A stretch of DNA of 57,538 nucleotides from Chlamydiota bacterium (GTDB lineage: Bacteria; Chlamydiota; Chlamydiia; Chlamydiales; SM23-39). How positions within the stretch are numbered: position 1 is the stretch's first letter; each line of letters opens with the position of its first letter. Location: NCBI GenBank assembly GCA_050049995.1, contig JASFVE010000001.1:1-57538 (forward strand), read 5' to 3'. Below the pieces are notes generated by a model, which was not told the DNA's origin, searched no databases, and saw only the letters and a program-made list of their open reading frames with translations. This document shows positions 1-8,852 of this stretch, piece by piece. A program made the translations under genes and the position numbers.

Positions 1-470
1 TCAAAAAAGAAACTAACCAGAGTACTACTCGTGCTAAGGAGCTTACTTATTTAATAGGCACCATACTCTGGTCGCTGGTCATGAAAGGAGTGATTAGTGA
101 CAACCACGTTCTTCACGAGTATCCTACGGATCCGAAAAAGATGCAGGATAACAATGCGTCCAATTTCAATGACAACTACTGTACAGGGCCAGGTGTTCTG
201 ATGCGCTATCTGGGATATTCATACCCAATGATTTTCGGACTCGACCCGAACTTCCCTATTCAGACAAAAAAACTGATCGTAACAACAGCCGCCAGAGCAT
301 GGCAATGTAGAGACTCTAAAGGCATTATCCGTTGTTGGCATGAAGAAGACATAGAAAAAACAAAATACTGGAGATTCTATAAGCTGGCTTCGCCCGCAAA
401 GGAGCTATGGGATTTTGCGTTCCAAACAGCTGCACTAGATCTCTTTGTAGCGCAACTCCGCCTGTATTGA
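1..470 (+). CDS. hypothetical protein, probably 5'-truncated by the window edge
   Basis: ORF track 81..470. I translated bases 3-80 in the same frame and found no stop (KKETNQSTTRAKELTYLIGTILWSLV then MKG...), so the real start may lie upstream of the window. No family recognised with confidence. Confidence 0.45.
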   Translation, partial: KKETNQSTTRAKELTYLIGTILWSLVMKGVISDNHVLHEYPTDPKKMQDNNASNFNDNYCTGPGVLMRYLGYSYPMIFGLDPNFPIQTKKLIVTTAARAWQCRDSKGIIRCWHEEDIEKTKYWRFYKLASPAKELWDFAFQTAALDLFVAQLRLY

Positions 471-584
471 ATATATCGAGGGGGCTTATAACCGCCAAAG
501 ATCTCATAATGACAATTTTTAAATCTAAACTGTGCTTTTTTGAGATAAGTGCAGCATTTCTGTAGCATTAAGGATTAAAGACAT

Positions 585-620
585 AAAAAAAGCAGTTAAG
601 TTTGGAACTTAACTGCTTGT
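585..620. terminator. orphan perfect 12-bp hairpin flanked by an A-run (T-run on minus strand)
   Basis: AGCAGTTAAGTT (591-602) pairs with AACTTAACTGCT (606-617) across a 3-nt loop. It is preceded by A6-7 (585-591) and followed by TTGTATT. It lies in the 248-bp gap between CDS 81..470 and 718..1164. Confidence 0.4.
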
Positions 621-717
621 ATTCTAAGAACTCCGGTTACTAAGCACAGAACTTTTGATTGGTTGAAATTAAAAAATCGATTTAAGCTACTACTCCTCAA
701 CAACCTTTAGGAAGCAT

Positions 718-1164
718 ATGAGTATTATAACAAACAAGACTGATATCTGTTGGCCGATTAAAAAATTCATGTTTATGTGCATGATTTTTTTCTTATCTTC
801 AAGACTTCTTTCTGCAAATGAAGCAGATATTTCTCCAAAAATCTCTTTCGAATTACTTACAGGAGTTTATTCACTAAAAGGCAGCAATCCCAACTCAGAT
901 CGCATTAATTATCGAGGTGAAGTAGAAATTCAAAAACACGGATCCAATTATATGCTAATTTGGAAAATAGGCAGACAACAGACTCAGGTTGGGATTGGCA
1001 TTTTAAATGATCACGTTCTCAGTGTAGCTTTTTATGATCTTTCTGGAAATGCAACTGGTGCTGTCTCTTATTCTCTGATAGAAGACGGAAAACTCGAAGG
1101 GTTATGGGCTATATTTGGGAGTGAAACTTATGGCAAAGAATATCTTACCTTCAATCGCTCATAG
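718..1164 (+). CDS. hypothetical secreted protein (N-terminal hydrophobic signal-like segment)
   Basis: 148-aa ORF. The N-terminus FMFMCMIFFLSSRLLSANEA looks like a signal peptide, and the rest is beta-rich with no recognised family. Confidence 0.55.
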   Translation: MSIITNKTDICWPIKKFMFMCMIFFLSSRLLSANEADISPKISFELLTGVYSLKGSNPNSDRINYRGEVEIQKHGSNYMLIWKIGRQQTQVGIGILNDHVLSVAFYDLSGNATGAVSYSLIEDGKLEGLWAIFGSETYGKEYLTFNRS

Positions 1165-1184
1165 AATGGGACATATTTCCTATC

Positions 1185-1210
1185 AAAAAAAAGCCCCTCG
1201 AAAGAGGGGC
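1185..1210 (-). terminator. rho-independent terminator downstream of tRNA-Asn
   Basis: GCCCCTC (1193-1199), GAAA loop, GAGGGGC (1204-1210). On the minus strand the hairpin is followed by T8 (complement of A 1185-1192). It lies 5 nt after the tRNA 3' end. Confidence 0.7.
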
Positions 1211-1215
1211 CATAA

Positions 1216-1287
1216 CTCCGGATGCAAGATTCGAACTTGCGACCAATGGATTAACAGTCCACTGCTCTACCGCTGAGCTAATCCGGA
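1216..1287 (-). tRNA. tRNA-Asn (anticodon GUU)
   Basis: Minus-strand read: TCCGGAT TA GCTC AGCGGTA GAGC A GTGGA CTGTTAA TCCAT TGGTC GCAAG TTCGAAT CTTGC ATCCGGA G. It forms a full cloverleaf with a 7-bp acceptor stem and a TTCGAAT T-loop. The anticodon loop CTGTTAA gives GTT. CCA is not encoded. Confidence 0.9.
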
Positions 1288-1299
1288 ATAAAGGCTCAT

Positions 1300-1328
1300 A
1301 TTGTATAAATCATCAGAAATAAATGCAA
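1300..1328 (-). promoter_or_regulatory. candidate sigma70-type promoter for tRNA-Asn
   Basis: Minus strand: TTGCAT (1328-1323), 17-nt spacer, TACAAT (1305-1300). The -10 element ends 12 nt upstream of the mature tRNA 5' end. Confidence 0.45.
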
Positions 1329-1381
1329 ATTATTTTGAAGAGATATTATGCTTGTAACGTAAACCAAATTTTTAAGGCATT

Positions 1382-3553
1382 TTGGACGAGATAGACGGAT
1401 ACATAGAAGACATCATATTTTTAAGCCCAGACAATGGTTTTACTGTTGCCAAGCTTAAAGAGCCACACAAGGATAAGCTGACTGTAATTACGGGATATTT
1501 ATCTATAGCACAGCCAGGAGAAACGATTACGTGTAAAGGCTCCTGGAAATACCACCCCAAGCATGGAGAGCAATTTGAAGTAAATTCCTTCGAAGTTGAA
1601 TCACCAGCTGATTTAATAGGGATTCAGAAATATTTAGAATCAGGCCTTATTAAAGGTATTGGCCCTTCCTATGCTAAAAAAATTGTGGATAAATTCGGCG
1701 AAGAAACTCTAAATATTTTAGATAAAACACCTCAAAGGCTCCTTGAAATTACAGGTATTGGCGCAAAAAGAATCGATAAAATAATTGAGTGCTGGCAAGA
1801 GCAAAGCTCTATTAGACAAGTGATGATTTTTTTAAGGTCTCAAGGTATCAGCCCAGTATATGCTCAAAAAATTTATAAAACTTACGGCGACCAAAGCATA
1901 CAAAAAGTAAAAGAAAATCCTTACCAACTAGCAAAAGACATTTTCGGCATTGGCTTTAAAATGGCTGATAAAACAGCGCAAAACATGGGGTTTGCTTTAA
2001 ACTCAGACCAAAGGATAGAAGCCGGTATAGAATATGTTCTTTTTGAACTGACCAATGAAGGACATACCAGATACCCTAAAGATCAACTTTTAGAAAAAGT
2101 GCAACAGACTTTGGAAGTTGAGGTACAGCTTATTGAAAAAGTCTTACATCAAATGATTGATGAAAAAAAGCTTATCTTTGATGGGTCATTTATTTGGCTA
2201 AGGACTTTTTACTATAGCGAACTTGGTGCTGCCAAAGAATTATTAAGGCTCCACACATCCCCTACAAATGTTAGATCAATCGATATTGACAAAGCGATTA
2301 TTTGGGCGCAAAAAGAGCTTAATATTGAATTTGCACATGAACAGATTCAAGCAGTAAAAGGGTGTTTAGAAAATAAACTCCATATCGTAACTGGAGGACC
2401 TGGTACAGGAAAGAGTACCATTACCAATGCCATCCTAAGAATATACGAAAAACTAACGAACAAAATTTTACTTACAGCCCCAACGGGAAGAGCTGCCAAA
2501 AGACTTTCTCAAATTACCCGAAAAAAAGCATTTACTATCCATGCAGCATTAGAGTTTGATCCAGCCACCAAAAACTTTAAAAAAACACAGGAAAATCCCC
2601 TTTCTCATGATTTAATCATCGTAGATGAGGCAAGCATGATTGACACGTATATTATGTTTCTTTTCTTAAGAGCGATTCCTGATCATGCTAAAGTAATATT
2701 CATTGGGGATATTGACCAGCTTCCCTCAGTAGGTGCAGGAAACGTTTTAAAAGATCTTATTGGCTCTGAAAAAATTCCTGTTACTACATTAAAAGAGATC
2801 TTTAGACAAGCTAAGGGATCAAAAATTATCGTTAATGCACACAGAATTAACGAAGGAGAATTCCCCTATCTTACACAAGCTAAATGGAGCGATTTTCATT
2901 TTTATGAGGTAAATGAGCCGGAAGAAATACAAGCTAAAATTATTGAAATGGTCTCAGATAAAATCCCTAAAATGAAAAACTTTGACCCTATTAAAGACAT
3001 TCAAGTTTTAGCTCCTATGAAAAAAGGGCTGATAGGTATTGAAATGCTCAATAATTACCTACAGTGCAAATTAAACCCTTCGAATAATCCTTTTTATAAA
3101 GGGGGGAAGAGGTTTCATTTGAATGACAAGGTTATGCAAATCAAAAACAATTACCAGAAAAAAGTGTATAATGGAGATGTCGGCACCATTATTACCATCG
3201 ATTTATCTGAGCAAACGTTATATGTTGGTTTTGAAGAAAAAATAGTAGAATATGATTTTTCAGAACTGGATGAGCTTGTCTTAGCCTATGCTGTATCAGT
3301 GCACAAATATCAAGGAAGTGAATGCCCTTGTATTGTCATGCCTATACATACTTCTCATTTTAAATTATTGCACCGTAACTTGCTATATACTGCAATTACA
3401 AGAGGAAAACGATTAGTAGTGTTGATAGGTACAAAAAAAGCCATTGCCATAGCTATAAACAACAATGAAGTACAACTAAGACACACTGGGCTAAAAGATT
3501 TGCTGAAAAAAGAAGATTTTCAGGAAACAACGCTACCAGGTTTGAGTTTTTGA
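1382..3553 (+). CDS. recD2: RecD2-type (RecD/TraA family) ATP-dependent DNA helicase
   Basis: 723 aa with a TTG start. It has N-terminal HhH-like repeats (GIGPSYAKKI, GIGAKRIDKI), Walker A GGPGTGKST, DEASM, and C-terminal motifs YAVSVHKYQGSE and LLYTAITRGK. Confidence 0.85.
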   Translation: MDEIDGYIEDIIFLSPDNGFTVAKLKEPHKDKLTVITGYLSIAQPGETITCKGSWKYHPKHGEQFEVNSFEVESPADLIGIQKYLESGLIKGIGPSYAKKIVDKFGEETLNILDKTPQRLLEITGIGAKRIDKIIECWQEQSSIRQVMIFLRSQGISPVYAQKIYKTYGDQSIQKVKENPYQLAKDIFGIGFKMADKTAQNMGFALNSDQRIEAGIEYVLFELTNEGHTRYPKDQLLEKVQQTLEVEVQLIEKVLHQMIDEKKLIFDGSFIWLRTFYYSELGAAKELLRLHTSPTNVRSIDIDKAIIWAQKELNIEFAHEQIQAVKGCLENKLHIVTGGPGTGKSTITNAILRIYEKLTNKILLTAPTGRAAKRLSQITRKKAFTIHAALEFDPATKNFKKTQENPLSHDLIIVDEASMIDTYIMFLFLRAIPDHAKVIFIGDIDQLPSVGAGNVLKDLIGSEKIPVTTLKEIFRQAKGSKIIVNAHRINEGEFPYLTQAKWSDFHFYEVNEPEEIQAKIIEMVSDKIPKMKNFDPIKDIQVLAPMKKGLIGIEMLNNYLQCKLNPSNNPFYKGGKRFHLNDKVMQIKNNYQKKVYNGDVGTIITIDLSEQTLYVGFEEKIVEYDFSELDELVLAYAVSVHKYQGSECPCIVMPIHTSHFKLLHRNLLYTAITRGKRLVVLIGTKKAIAIAINNNEVQLRHTGLKDLLKKEDFQETTLPGLSF

Positions 3554-5550
3554 AGCTGAGGCACCTCTAAAAGATCTTCAAAACTTGCAGCTAGCATCAT
3601 CCCTTCACTGACATGTCCCATAATTTTAGCTGGCTTTAAATTGGCCACAACAACAATCTTTTTGCCGACTAAATCCTCTGGCCGATAAGATTTAGCAACG
3701 CCTGCTACAATAAATCTTTTTTCAAAACCAAGATCTACTTCTAAATGAAGTAAGCGAGAGCTTTTGGGAATAGGTTTTGCGGTTAAAACTTGAGCCACTC
3801 TTAAATCAAGCTGTTGGAACTGATCAAATTCTATAAGTTTTTTAAGGTCGGGAAAAGCACTTATCTTTTCACTTTTAGGAGAAAGTTTAATAATTTCCTG
3901 TTCTATTTGCTCATCTTCAATTTTGGCAAATAAAACCTTTGGCTCGGGTAGTATTTGCTCTGAGGGCACTAACCTTTTAGTAGCAAGCTCCCAGCTTTCT
4001 TCTGTAATAAGATTAGTATAGCCCAGCATATTCCAGATTTTTTGAGCCGTATCAGGCATAATAGGAAAAGCCAAAATAGCCAAATTTTTAATGCATTGAA
4101 TACAGCATGCAATAACTGTCTCCATTTCTTTTTTTTGCTTGAGGTCTTTAGCTAAAGACCATGGCTTTCGGCTATCAAAATAGACATTACCTGCAGAGGC
4201 AAGTTCTATTAAATACTGAACAGCCCTTCTCAATTTAAAAGAATTAAAAGCATGAAATGCATCACCCGTAATTTTTTCGACCTTATGGATAAATTCTAAA
4301 TCTTCTTGCTGAGTTACATTCATCGAAGGCACCATACCACCGCATTTGTTTCTCGCAAAAGTAAGAGTGCGATGGATAAAATTACCAAGCTTTCCTACTA
4401 AGTCATTGTTACATTTATTCTGGAAGTCTTTCCAAGAAAAGTCTGAATCGGATGTTTCAGGTGCTATAGCTGCTAAATAATATCTAATTTGATCGGTGGT
4501 ATACTTTTTGAAAAAATCGTCAAGGTCAATAGTCCAATTGTCTGACTTAGAAAAAGGCCTTCCTTCCAACATTAAAAATTCATTAGCAGGAACTTCAGCA
4601 GGAAGAATATAAGGATCATCTTGCCCCATTAGCATCGCTGGGAAAAATACAGTATGAAAAGGAATATTATCTTTTCCAACAAAATGAATTAAGCTGACTT
4701 CCTCGTTCATCCAGTAATTTTTCCACTTATCTGGATCGCCAACTTTTAATGCCCACTCCTTTGTTGCTGTTATATATCCGATAGGAGCATCAAACCATAC
4801 ATAAAAAACCTTACCATCTGTTCCCTTCAAAGGAACTTTAATCCCCCATGAAGAATCTCTCGTAATTGCTCTTTCTCTTAACTCTTTAATGTAATGCTCA
4901 GTAAATGCAGTAACATTCGACTTAAAATTTTTCGTTTCTAGCCAGTTCTTTAGACGGTCTTTAAATTTATCAAACCGCAAATACCAATGTTTGCTAGGCT
5001 TTAATACTAAAGGAGCATTACTAACTTTTGATCGAGGATTCTTAAGGTCAGTAGCTTCATAACTCGCACCGCATTTTTGACACTCGTCACCTCTTGCTTT
5101 CTCAAAGCCACACCTAGGACATGTTCCCACTACATAACGGTCAGCTAAAAACTTATTTTCTTTTTCGGAAAATAAATGTTCTTCTGTTTTTTCTTCGATA
5201 TAACCGTTTTCATAAAGACTTTTGAAAAAGTCCTGCACAGTTTGGGGATGTAATTTAGAAGTTGTCCTAGAATAGTGATCAAAGGAAAAATTGAGTTTGG
5301 CAAATAGCTCCTGATTTTTCTTATGAAAAAAATCTACATGCTCTTGGTAGGACCTACCTGCTTGTTCAGCGCTCATGGTAATAGCAACTCCATATTCGTC
5401 TGAACCGCAAATATAGACTACGTCATTAACGCAAAGTCTTTGAAAGCGGGCAAAGCAATCCCCTGGTAAATAAGCTCCTGCAATGTGCCCAAAATGCAAT
5501 GGTCCATTAGCATATGGCAGTGCAGAAGTGATCAAAAATTTTTTGCTCAT
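3520..5550 (-). CDS. metG: methionyl-tRNA synthetase with C-terminal tRNA-binding (EMAP/Trbp111-like) domain
   Basis: 676 aa. It has the HIGH motif (PLHFGHIAG), a Zn knuckle (CPRCG...CQKCG), a KMSKS-like FSKSD, and a C-terminal LDLRVAQVL...VANLKPAK OB-fold. Confidence 0.95.
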   Translation of the reverse strand: MSKKFLITSALPYANGPLHFGHIAGAYLPGDCFARFQRLCVNDVVYICGSDEYGVAITMSAEQAGRSYQEHVDFFHKKNQELFAKLNFSFDHYSRTTSKLHPQTVQDFFKSLYENGYIEEKTEEHLFSEKENKFLADRYVVGTCPRCGFEKARGDECQKCGASYEATDLKNPRSKVSNAPLVLKPSKHWYLRFDKFKDRLKNWLETKNFKSNVTAFTEHYIKELRERAITRDSSWGIKVPLKGTDGKVFYVWFDAPIGYITATKEWALKVGDPDKWKNYWMNEEVSLIHFVGKDNIPFHTVFFPAMLMGQDDPYILPAEVPANEFLMLEGRPFSKSDNWTIDLDDFFKKYTTDQIRYYLAAIAPETSDSDFSWKDFQNKCNNDLVGKLGNFIHRTLTFARNKCGGMVPSMNVTQQEDLEFIHKVEKITGDAFHAFNSFKLRRAVQYLIELASAGNVYFDSRKPWSLAKDLKQKKEMETVIACCIQCIKNLAILAFPIMPDTAQKIWNMLGYTNLITEESWELATKRLVPSEQILPEPKVLFAKIEDEQIEQEIIKLSPKSEKISAFPDLKKLIEFDQFQQLDLRVAQVLTAKPIPKSSRLLHLEVDLGFEKRFIVAGVAKSYRPEDLVGKKIVVVANLKPAKIMGHVSEGMMLAASFEDLLEVPQLQKLKPGSVVS

Positions 5551-5718
5551 TTATTTTTCAGCTACTACTTCGCTAAGTTCTTCTAAAACATCATTAATGG
5601 TTGCTCCTTCATGTGATAGAACGAAGTTACGAGCTAATTTAATAGCAAAATTAGCAAGATCAAAGTCGCTAGTGAAATGCTTTCTTAAGCTTTCATTTGT
5701 TAAAGATTTTTCTTTCAT
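5551..5718 (-). CDS. 55-aa ORF not in the ORF track; candidate RNA polymerase omega subunit
   Basis: My hand translation is MKEKSLTNESLRKHFTSDFDLANFAIKLARNFVLSHEGATINDVLEELSEVVAEK. It exactly fills the gmk-metG gap. Its ATG overlaps the gmk TGA (ATGA at 5715-5718) and its TAA abuts the metG start. The SDFDLANFAIKLARNF segment resembles the omega core NRFDLVLVAARRARQ, and gmk-rpoZ adjacency is common in bacteria. Confidence 0.55.
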   Translation of the reverse strand: MKEKSLTNESLRKHFTSDFDLANFAIKLARNFVLSHEGATINDVLEELSEVVAEK

Positions 5719-6350
5719 GTTTGTCCATTTGTTATTTTTTCTAAAAAAGGAATTGTTTTATCTCTTACCCTATGCTCTTCAGAAATAAGGATCGATTTAA
5801 GCACTTGGTAAGCAACATCTAAATCATCATTGATAATATAATAATCGTATCCCTTTGCTTTTTCCATTTCTTTTTTAGCCCAGCTAAGTCTTTTTTGAAT
5901 CATTTCTTCTGATTCAGATTTTCGAGAATGAAGACGATATTGTAGTTCATGCATATTAGGCGGAAATAGGAAAACAGAACAGGCATCAATCATTTTTCGC
6001 AGTTTTTCAGCTCCCTGTGTATCTATAACTAAAACCACATGTTTACCTTCCATTTGAAGTTTTTCTACATGAGATTTAGATGTACCGTAATACTCTCCGA
6101 AAACTTCTGCCCATTCTAAAAAGTCTTTTTGTTTTATTTTCTTTTTAAACTCGTCTTCAGAAATAAAAAAATAATCTTGCCCATCTCTTTCGTTCAAACG
6201 AGGCTTTCTAGTAGTAAAAGAGACGCTTCTTACGACATGATTGAATTCATTTTTTAAAAGGTTAACTAAAGTAGTTTTGCCCGTCCCTGCCGGAGCGCTA
6301 ATAATAAAAATTAACCCTTTTTTTAAATCTCCAACAATCTTTGGTTTCAT
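5715..6350 (-). CDS. gmk: guanylate kinase
   Basis: 211 aa with P-loop SAPAGTGKTT, TTRKPR..E.DG.DY.F, and typical GMP-kinase length and layout. Confidence 0.93.
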   Translation of the reverse strand: MKPKIVGDLKKGLIFIISAPAGTGKTTLVNLLKNEFNHVVRSVSFTTRKPRLNERDGQDYFFISEDEFKKKIKQKDFLEWAEVFGEYYGTSKSHVEKLQMEGKHVVLVIDTQGAEKLRKMIDACSVFLFPPNMHELQYRLHSRKSESEEMIQKRLSWAKKEMEKAKGYDYYIINDDLDVAYQVLKSILISEEHRVRDKTIPFLEKITNGQT

Positions 6351-6353
6351 ATC

Positions 6354-7235
6354 TTATTCTATATTTTGTACTTGTTCTCTTATCTTTTCTAATTCAGCTT
6401 TTATTTCGATGACTGCTTTTGAAATATTAACATCACTGGACTTTGAAGCTATTGTATTAGTTTCGCGAACAAGTTCTTGAATTAAAAAGTCCATTTTCCT
6501 CCCCTTTACTTCTTCCTTTTCTGAAAGAAGAGAAGAAAACTGCTCAAGATGAGATTTAAAGCGGGTAATTTCTTCTGTAATATCAATTTTTTCTGAAAAG
6601 ATAGCTATTTCTCTTAAGATTCTTTCATCAGTATCCTTATCTTCTAAAAACTCTTCCAAACGCTTTTCTAAGCGCTGGCGATATTTTTCAGTAGCTAAGG
6701 GAGATTTAACTTCAATTTGTTTAATAATTTTTTTTAGTGTGGATATTCGCTTGGATAAGTCTTTTTTTAAGATAGAACCTTCTTTTCTTTTCATTTCAAT
6801 CAGTTCAGAAAGTGCTTTGGCAACACCTTCTTGTAATATCTTTCTTACCGTTTTTTCTTCATCTAGCTGTTTGCTTGCCATGAAAGATTGAAGCTGAGAG
6901 GTAAGAAAGCTCAAAGATATATCCTCTTTAGAAAAGTGAAGAGCTTTTGCAATTTTATGCCAACCTACCTGAAACTCCTTTAACAAATCAACATCAGGAA
7001 GAAGATCTTTGATTTCCTTTGTTTCAATAATAGAAGTAACTCTTAAAGAAATTTGTCCTCTCTGTATCTGCTCTGCAATCCACTTTTTGATTTCAATTTC
7101 AAAGCGGGCTAGCTCTTTTGGTAGAGCAACAAAAGACTCTAAATGTTTTCTATTCAAGGACTGTACTTCTATAACGAATCTACCATGCTTAAACGCAATA
7201 GAAGAGCGTCCATATCCTGTCATGCTTGTTAACAT
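6354..7235 (-). CDS. yicC: YicC family stress-induced protein (endoribonuclease YicC-like)
   Basis: 293 aa with N-terminal MLTSMTGYGR and C-terminal DITEEITRFKSHLEQF and GRKMDFLIQELVRETNTIASKS, which are family hallmarks. Confidence 0.9.
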   Translation of the reverse strand: MLTSMTGYGRSSIAFKHGRFVIEVQSLNRKHLESFVALPKELARFEIEIKKWIAEQIQRGQISLRVTSIIETKEIKDLLPDVDLLKEFQVGWHKIAKALHFSKEDISLSFLTSQLQSFMASKQLDEEKTVRKILQEGVAKALSELIEMKRKEGSILKKDLSKRISTLKKIIKQIEVKSPLATEKYRQRLEKRLEEFLEDKDTDERILREIAIFSEKIDITEEITRFKSHLEQFSSLLSEKEEVKGRKMDFLIQELVRETNTIASKSSDVNISKAVIEIKAELEKIREQVQNIE

Positions 7236-7415
7236 AAAGCTTTAAATAATGTGGGTTATGAAGTAAGTATATACTATTTTTATACCCTCGGTCAATGGAA
7301 ATGCCCTAAGTGTAAAATCTTTAAAATAGACTTTCGAAAAAAATAATTTCAATTATTCTAAGTAAAGAAATTTATACAAAAAAAAAGATAAAATTACAGT
7401 TAACATGAATTAAAA

Positions 7416-8048
7416 ATGACTTATATATCTCGTCCTTGTCGAACATTGCCATCAGCCTTTAAAATTGCAGAGTGCCCTACATATCTTTGTTGGCAGCTTA
7501 TTAAATCCTCAGAAAACCTTTGGAATAAACGGACTTCTAGCAATATCGAATTATATAAAAATAGAAGCTTTGCAGTCTTATCGGGAATGGGAGGATTTAT
7601 AGGAGGGATAAAAGCTATTCAAATCACAATAGCTGCTACCCCAATTACAATAATAGCTGACCTAGTCGTAGGAGTAGTCGAATGTGTTTTTAATTATTAC
7701 CATAAGGCGAATAACAATGATGTTTCAGCTATTGCATACCGTAAGCTCGTTATATCACCTTGCCAGCAAATAACTTTTTATCTCACTTCGTACTTTATAA
7801 ATATTTTGGCAATTCCTTTTTGGAGTATTCCCTACGGAATGGGACAAATTGCAGTAGGGCGCCTACCAAAAGTTTTTGATTATCACTTGTTTAATATTTT
7901 TATCAATGAAGGTTCAGGTAGTAGAGTTGGAGAAAAATGGATAGGACCTATTCTTGATGACAAAGACCGCATTATTAACGTAATAGATGAGGCTACATTA
8001 GAACAAGTTCCCCGCGATGTAACCTCAATAATTGCAGACTACCTTTAA
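7416..8048 (+). CDS. hypothetical membrane protein with bilobed hydrophobic domain (Inc-like candidate)
   Basis: 210 aa. A roughly 40-residue two-lobed hydrophobic stretch FAVLSGMGGFIGGIKAIQITIAATPITIIADLVVGVVECVF follows a roughly 50-aa polar N-terminus. There is one further hydrophobic segment. No family recognised. Confidence 0.55.
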   Translation: MTYISRPCRTLPSAFKIAECPTYLCWQLIKSSENLWNKRTSSNIELYKNRSFAVLSGMGGFIGGIKAIQITIAATPITIIADLVVGVVECVFNYYHKANNNDVSAIAYRKLVISPCQQITFYLTSYFINILAIPFWSIPYGMGQIAVGRLPKVFDYHLFNIFINEGSGSRVGEKWIGPILDDKDRIINVIDEATLEQVPRDVTSIIADYL

Positions 8049-8050
8049 AC

Positions 8051-8734
8051 CTACTCTAAAGACAAATCCAGCTGAACCTCTTCCGACTTAAAAAGCTTCT
8101 TTATAGGCTCAAAAGACTTTCTATGAATGGGACATGGTCCATATTTTTCTAGTGCATTAAGATGATCCGCCGTTCCATATCCCTTATGTTGATCAAACTT
8201 GTAGTTGGGAAACTTTTGATGATAGCTTTCCATAATGCCATCTCTAGTGCATTTTGCGATGATGGAAGCTGCTGCAATAGATAAACTATAAGCATCTCCT
8301 GAAACAACAGCTTCTTTTGCGATGTCCACATCAGGCACTTGATTACCATCAATTAAGAGATAATCAGGCTTATTTTTCATTCCTAGAACAGCTTTTTTCA
8401 TTCCATATAAGGTAGCGTGCAAAATGTTTAAACGATCAATTGTATCTACATCTACTACAGCAACACAATATTCAACTTTTGGATCACTAATAAGCATTTG
8501 ATATATCTGCTTTCTAAGATCTGCATCTACTTTTTTACTATCATCAAGGCCAATTAACTCAAAACCATAGGGTAGCGCACAGCAAGCAGTTACTACAGGT
8601 CCTGCCAATGGACCTCTACCCGCTTCATCGACACCTGCGATTTTTCGATAGCCACGCTCGTGTAAATGATACTCAAAAATGGACATAGAGCGAATTCTTT
8701 CTAGTTCGTAAAAATATAGTGATTCTTTTTTCAA
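8051..8734 (-). CDS. rnhB: ribonuclease HII
   Basis: Motifs IAGVDEAGRGPLAGPV, DDSK, DGN and SIIAK. The track start is TTG at 8734, and an internal ATG (MSIFEY..., 8686) is an alternative start. Confidence 0.92.
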   Translation of the reverse strand: MKKESLYFYELERIRSMSIFEYHLHERGYRKIAGVDEAGRGPLAGPVVTACCALPYGFELIGLDDSKKVDADLRKQIYQMLISDPKVEYCVAVVDVDTIDRLNILHATLYGMKKAVLGMKNKPDYLLIDGNQVPDVDIAKEAVVSGDAYSLSIAAASIIAKCTRDGIMESYHQKFPNYKFDQHKGYGTADHLNALEKYGPCPIHRKSFEPIKKLFKSEEVQLDLSLE

Positions 8735-8797
8735 TTTTCCAAAGAGTTTTAATTCACATAAAAGGTATACCTGGAAAATTTAAAATCTGACAAGAAT

Positions 8798-8843
8798 AAA
8801 AAAAAACCTAAGCAATCTTCGTTAAATAAGATTGTTTAGGTTT
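8798..8843 (-). terminator. rho-independent terminator after rplS
   Basis: A 16-bp stem (8804-8819 / 8828-8843, one mismatch on the minus strand) with an 8-nt loop, followed on the minus strand by T9 (complement of A 8798-8806). It lies 10 nt after the rplS stop. Confidence 0.65.
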
Positions 8844-8852
8844 ATAGGAAGC

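Noticed and set aside
1-470. Possible 3-methyladenine DNA glycosylase (MPG/AAG-like) because of GPGVL..LG, IVTTAAR and WRFYKLASP segments
   Set aside because: Only the C-terminal third resembles the family as I remember it. The conserved (V/I)ETEAY block and the roughly 70 residues between it and GPGKL are missing, so the spacing does not fit. I left it as hypothetical.
325-568. Two minus-strand ORFs (325..507, 377..568) in the track
   Set aside because: They overlap each other and the 3' end of the plus-strand ORF. They have no Shine-Dalgarno and odd composition, so they are most likely random antisense frames.
5483-5788. 101-aa plus-strand ORF spanning the metG start, the small omega-like ORF and the gmk end
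   Set aside because: It is antisense to three tightly packed, well-supported minus-strand genes. It has the Ser/Leu/Phe-rich composition typical of antisense frames in AT-rich DNA.
7995-8048. F-box-like string at the extreme C-terminus of the Inc-like protein (LEQVPRDVTSIIADYL)
   Set aside because: Only the first roughly 14 residues of the F-box pattern are present before the stop codon, which is too short to fold as an F-box. It is probably coincidental.
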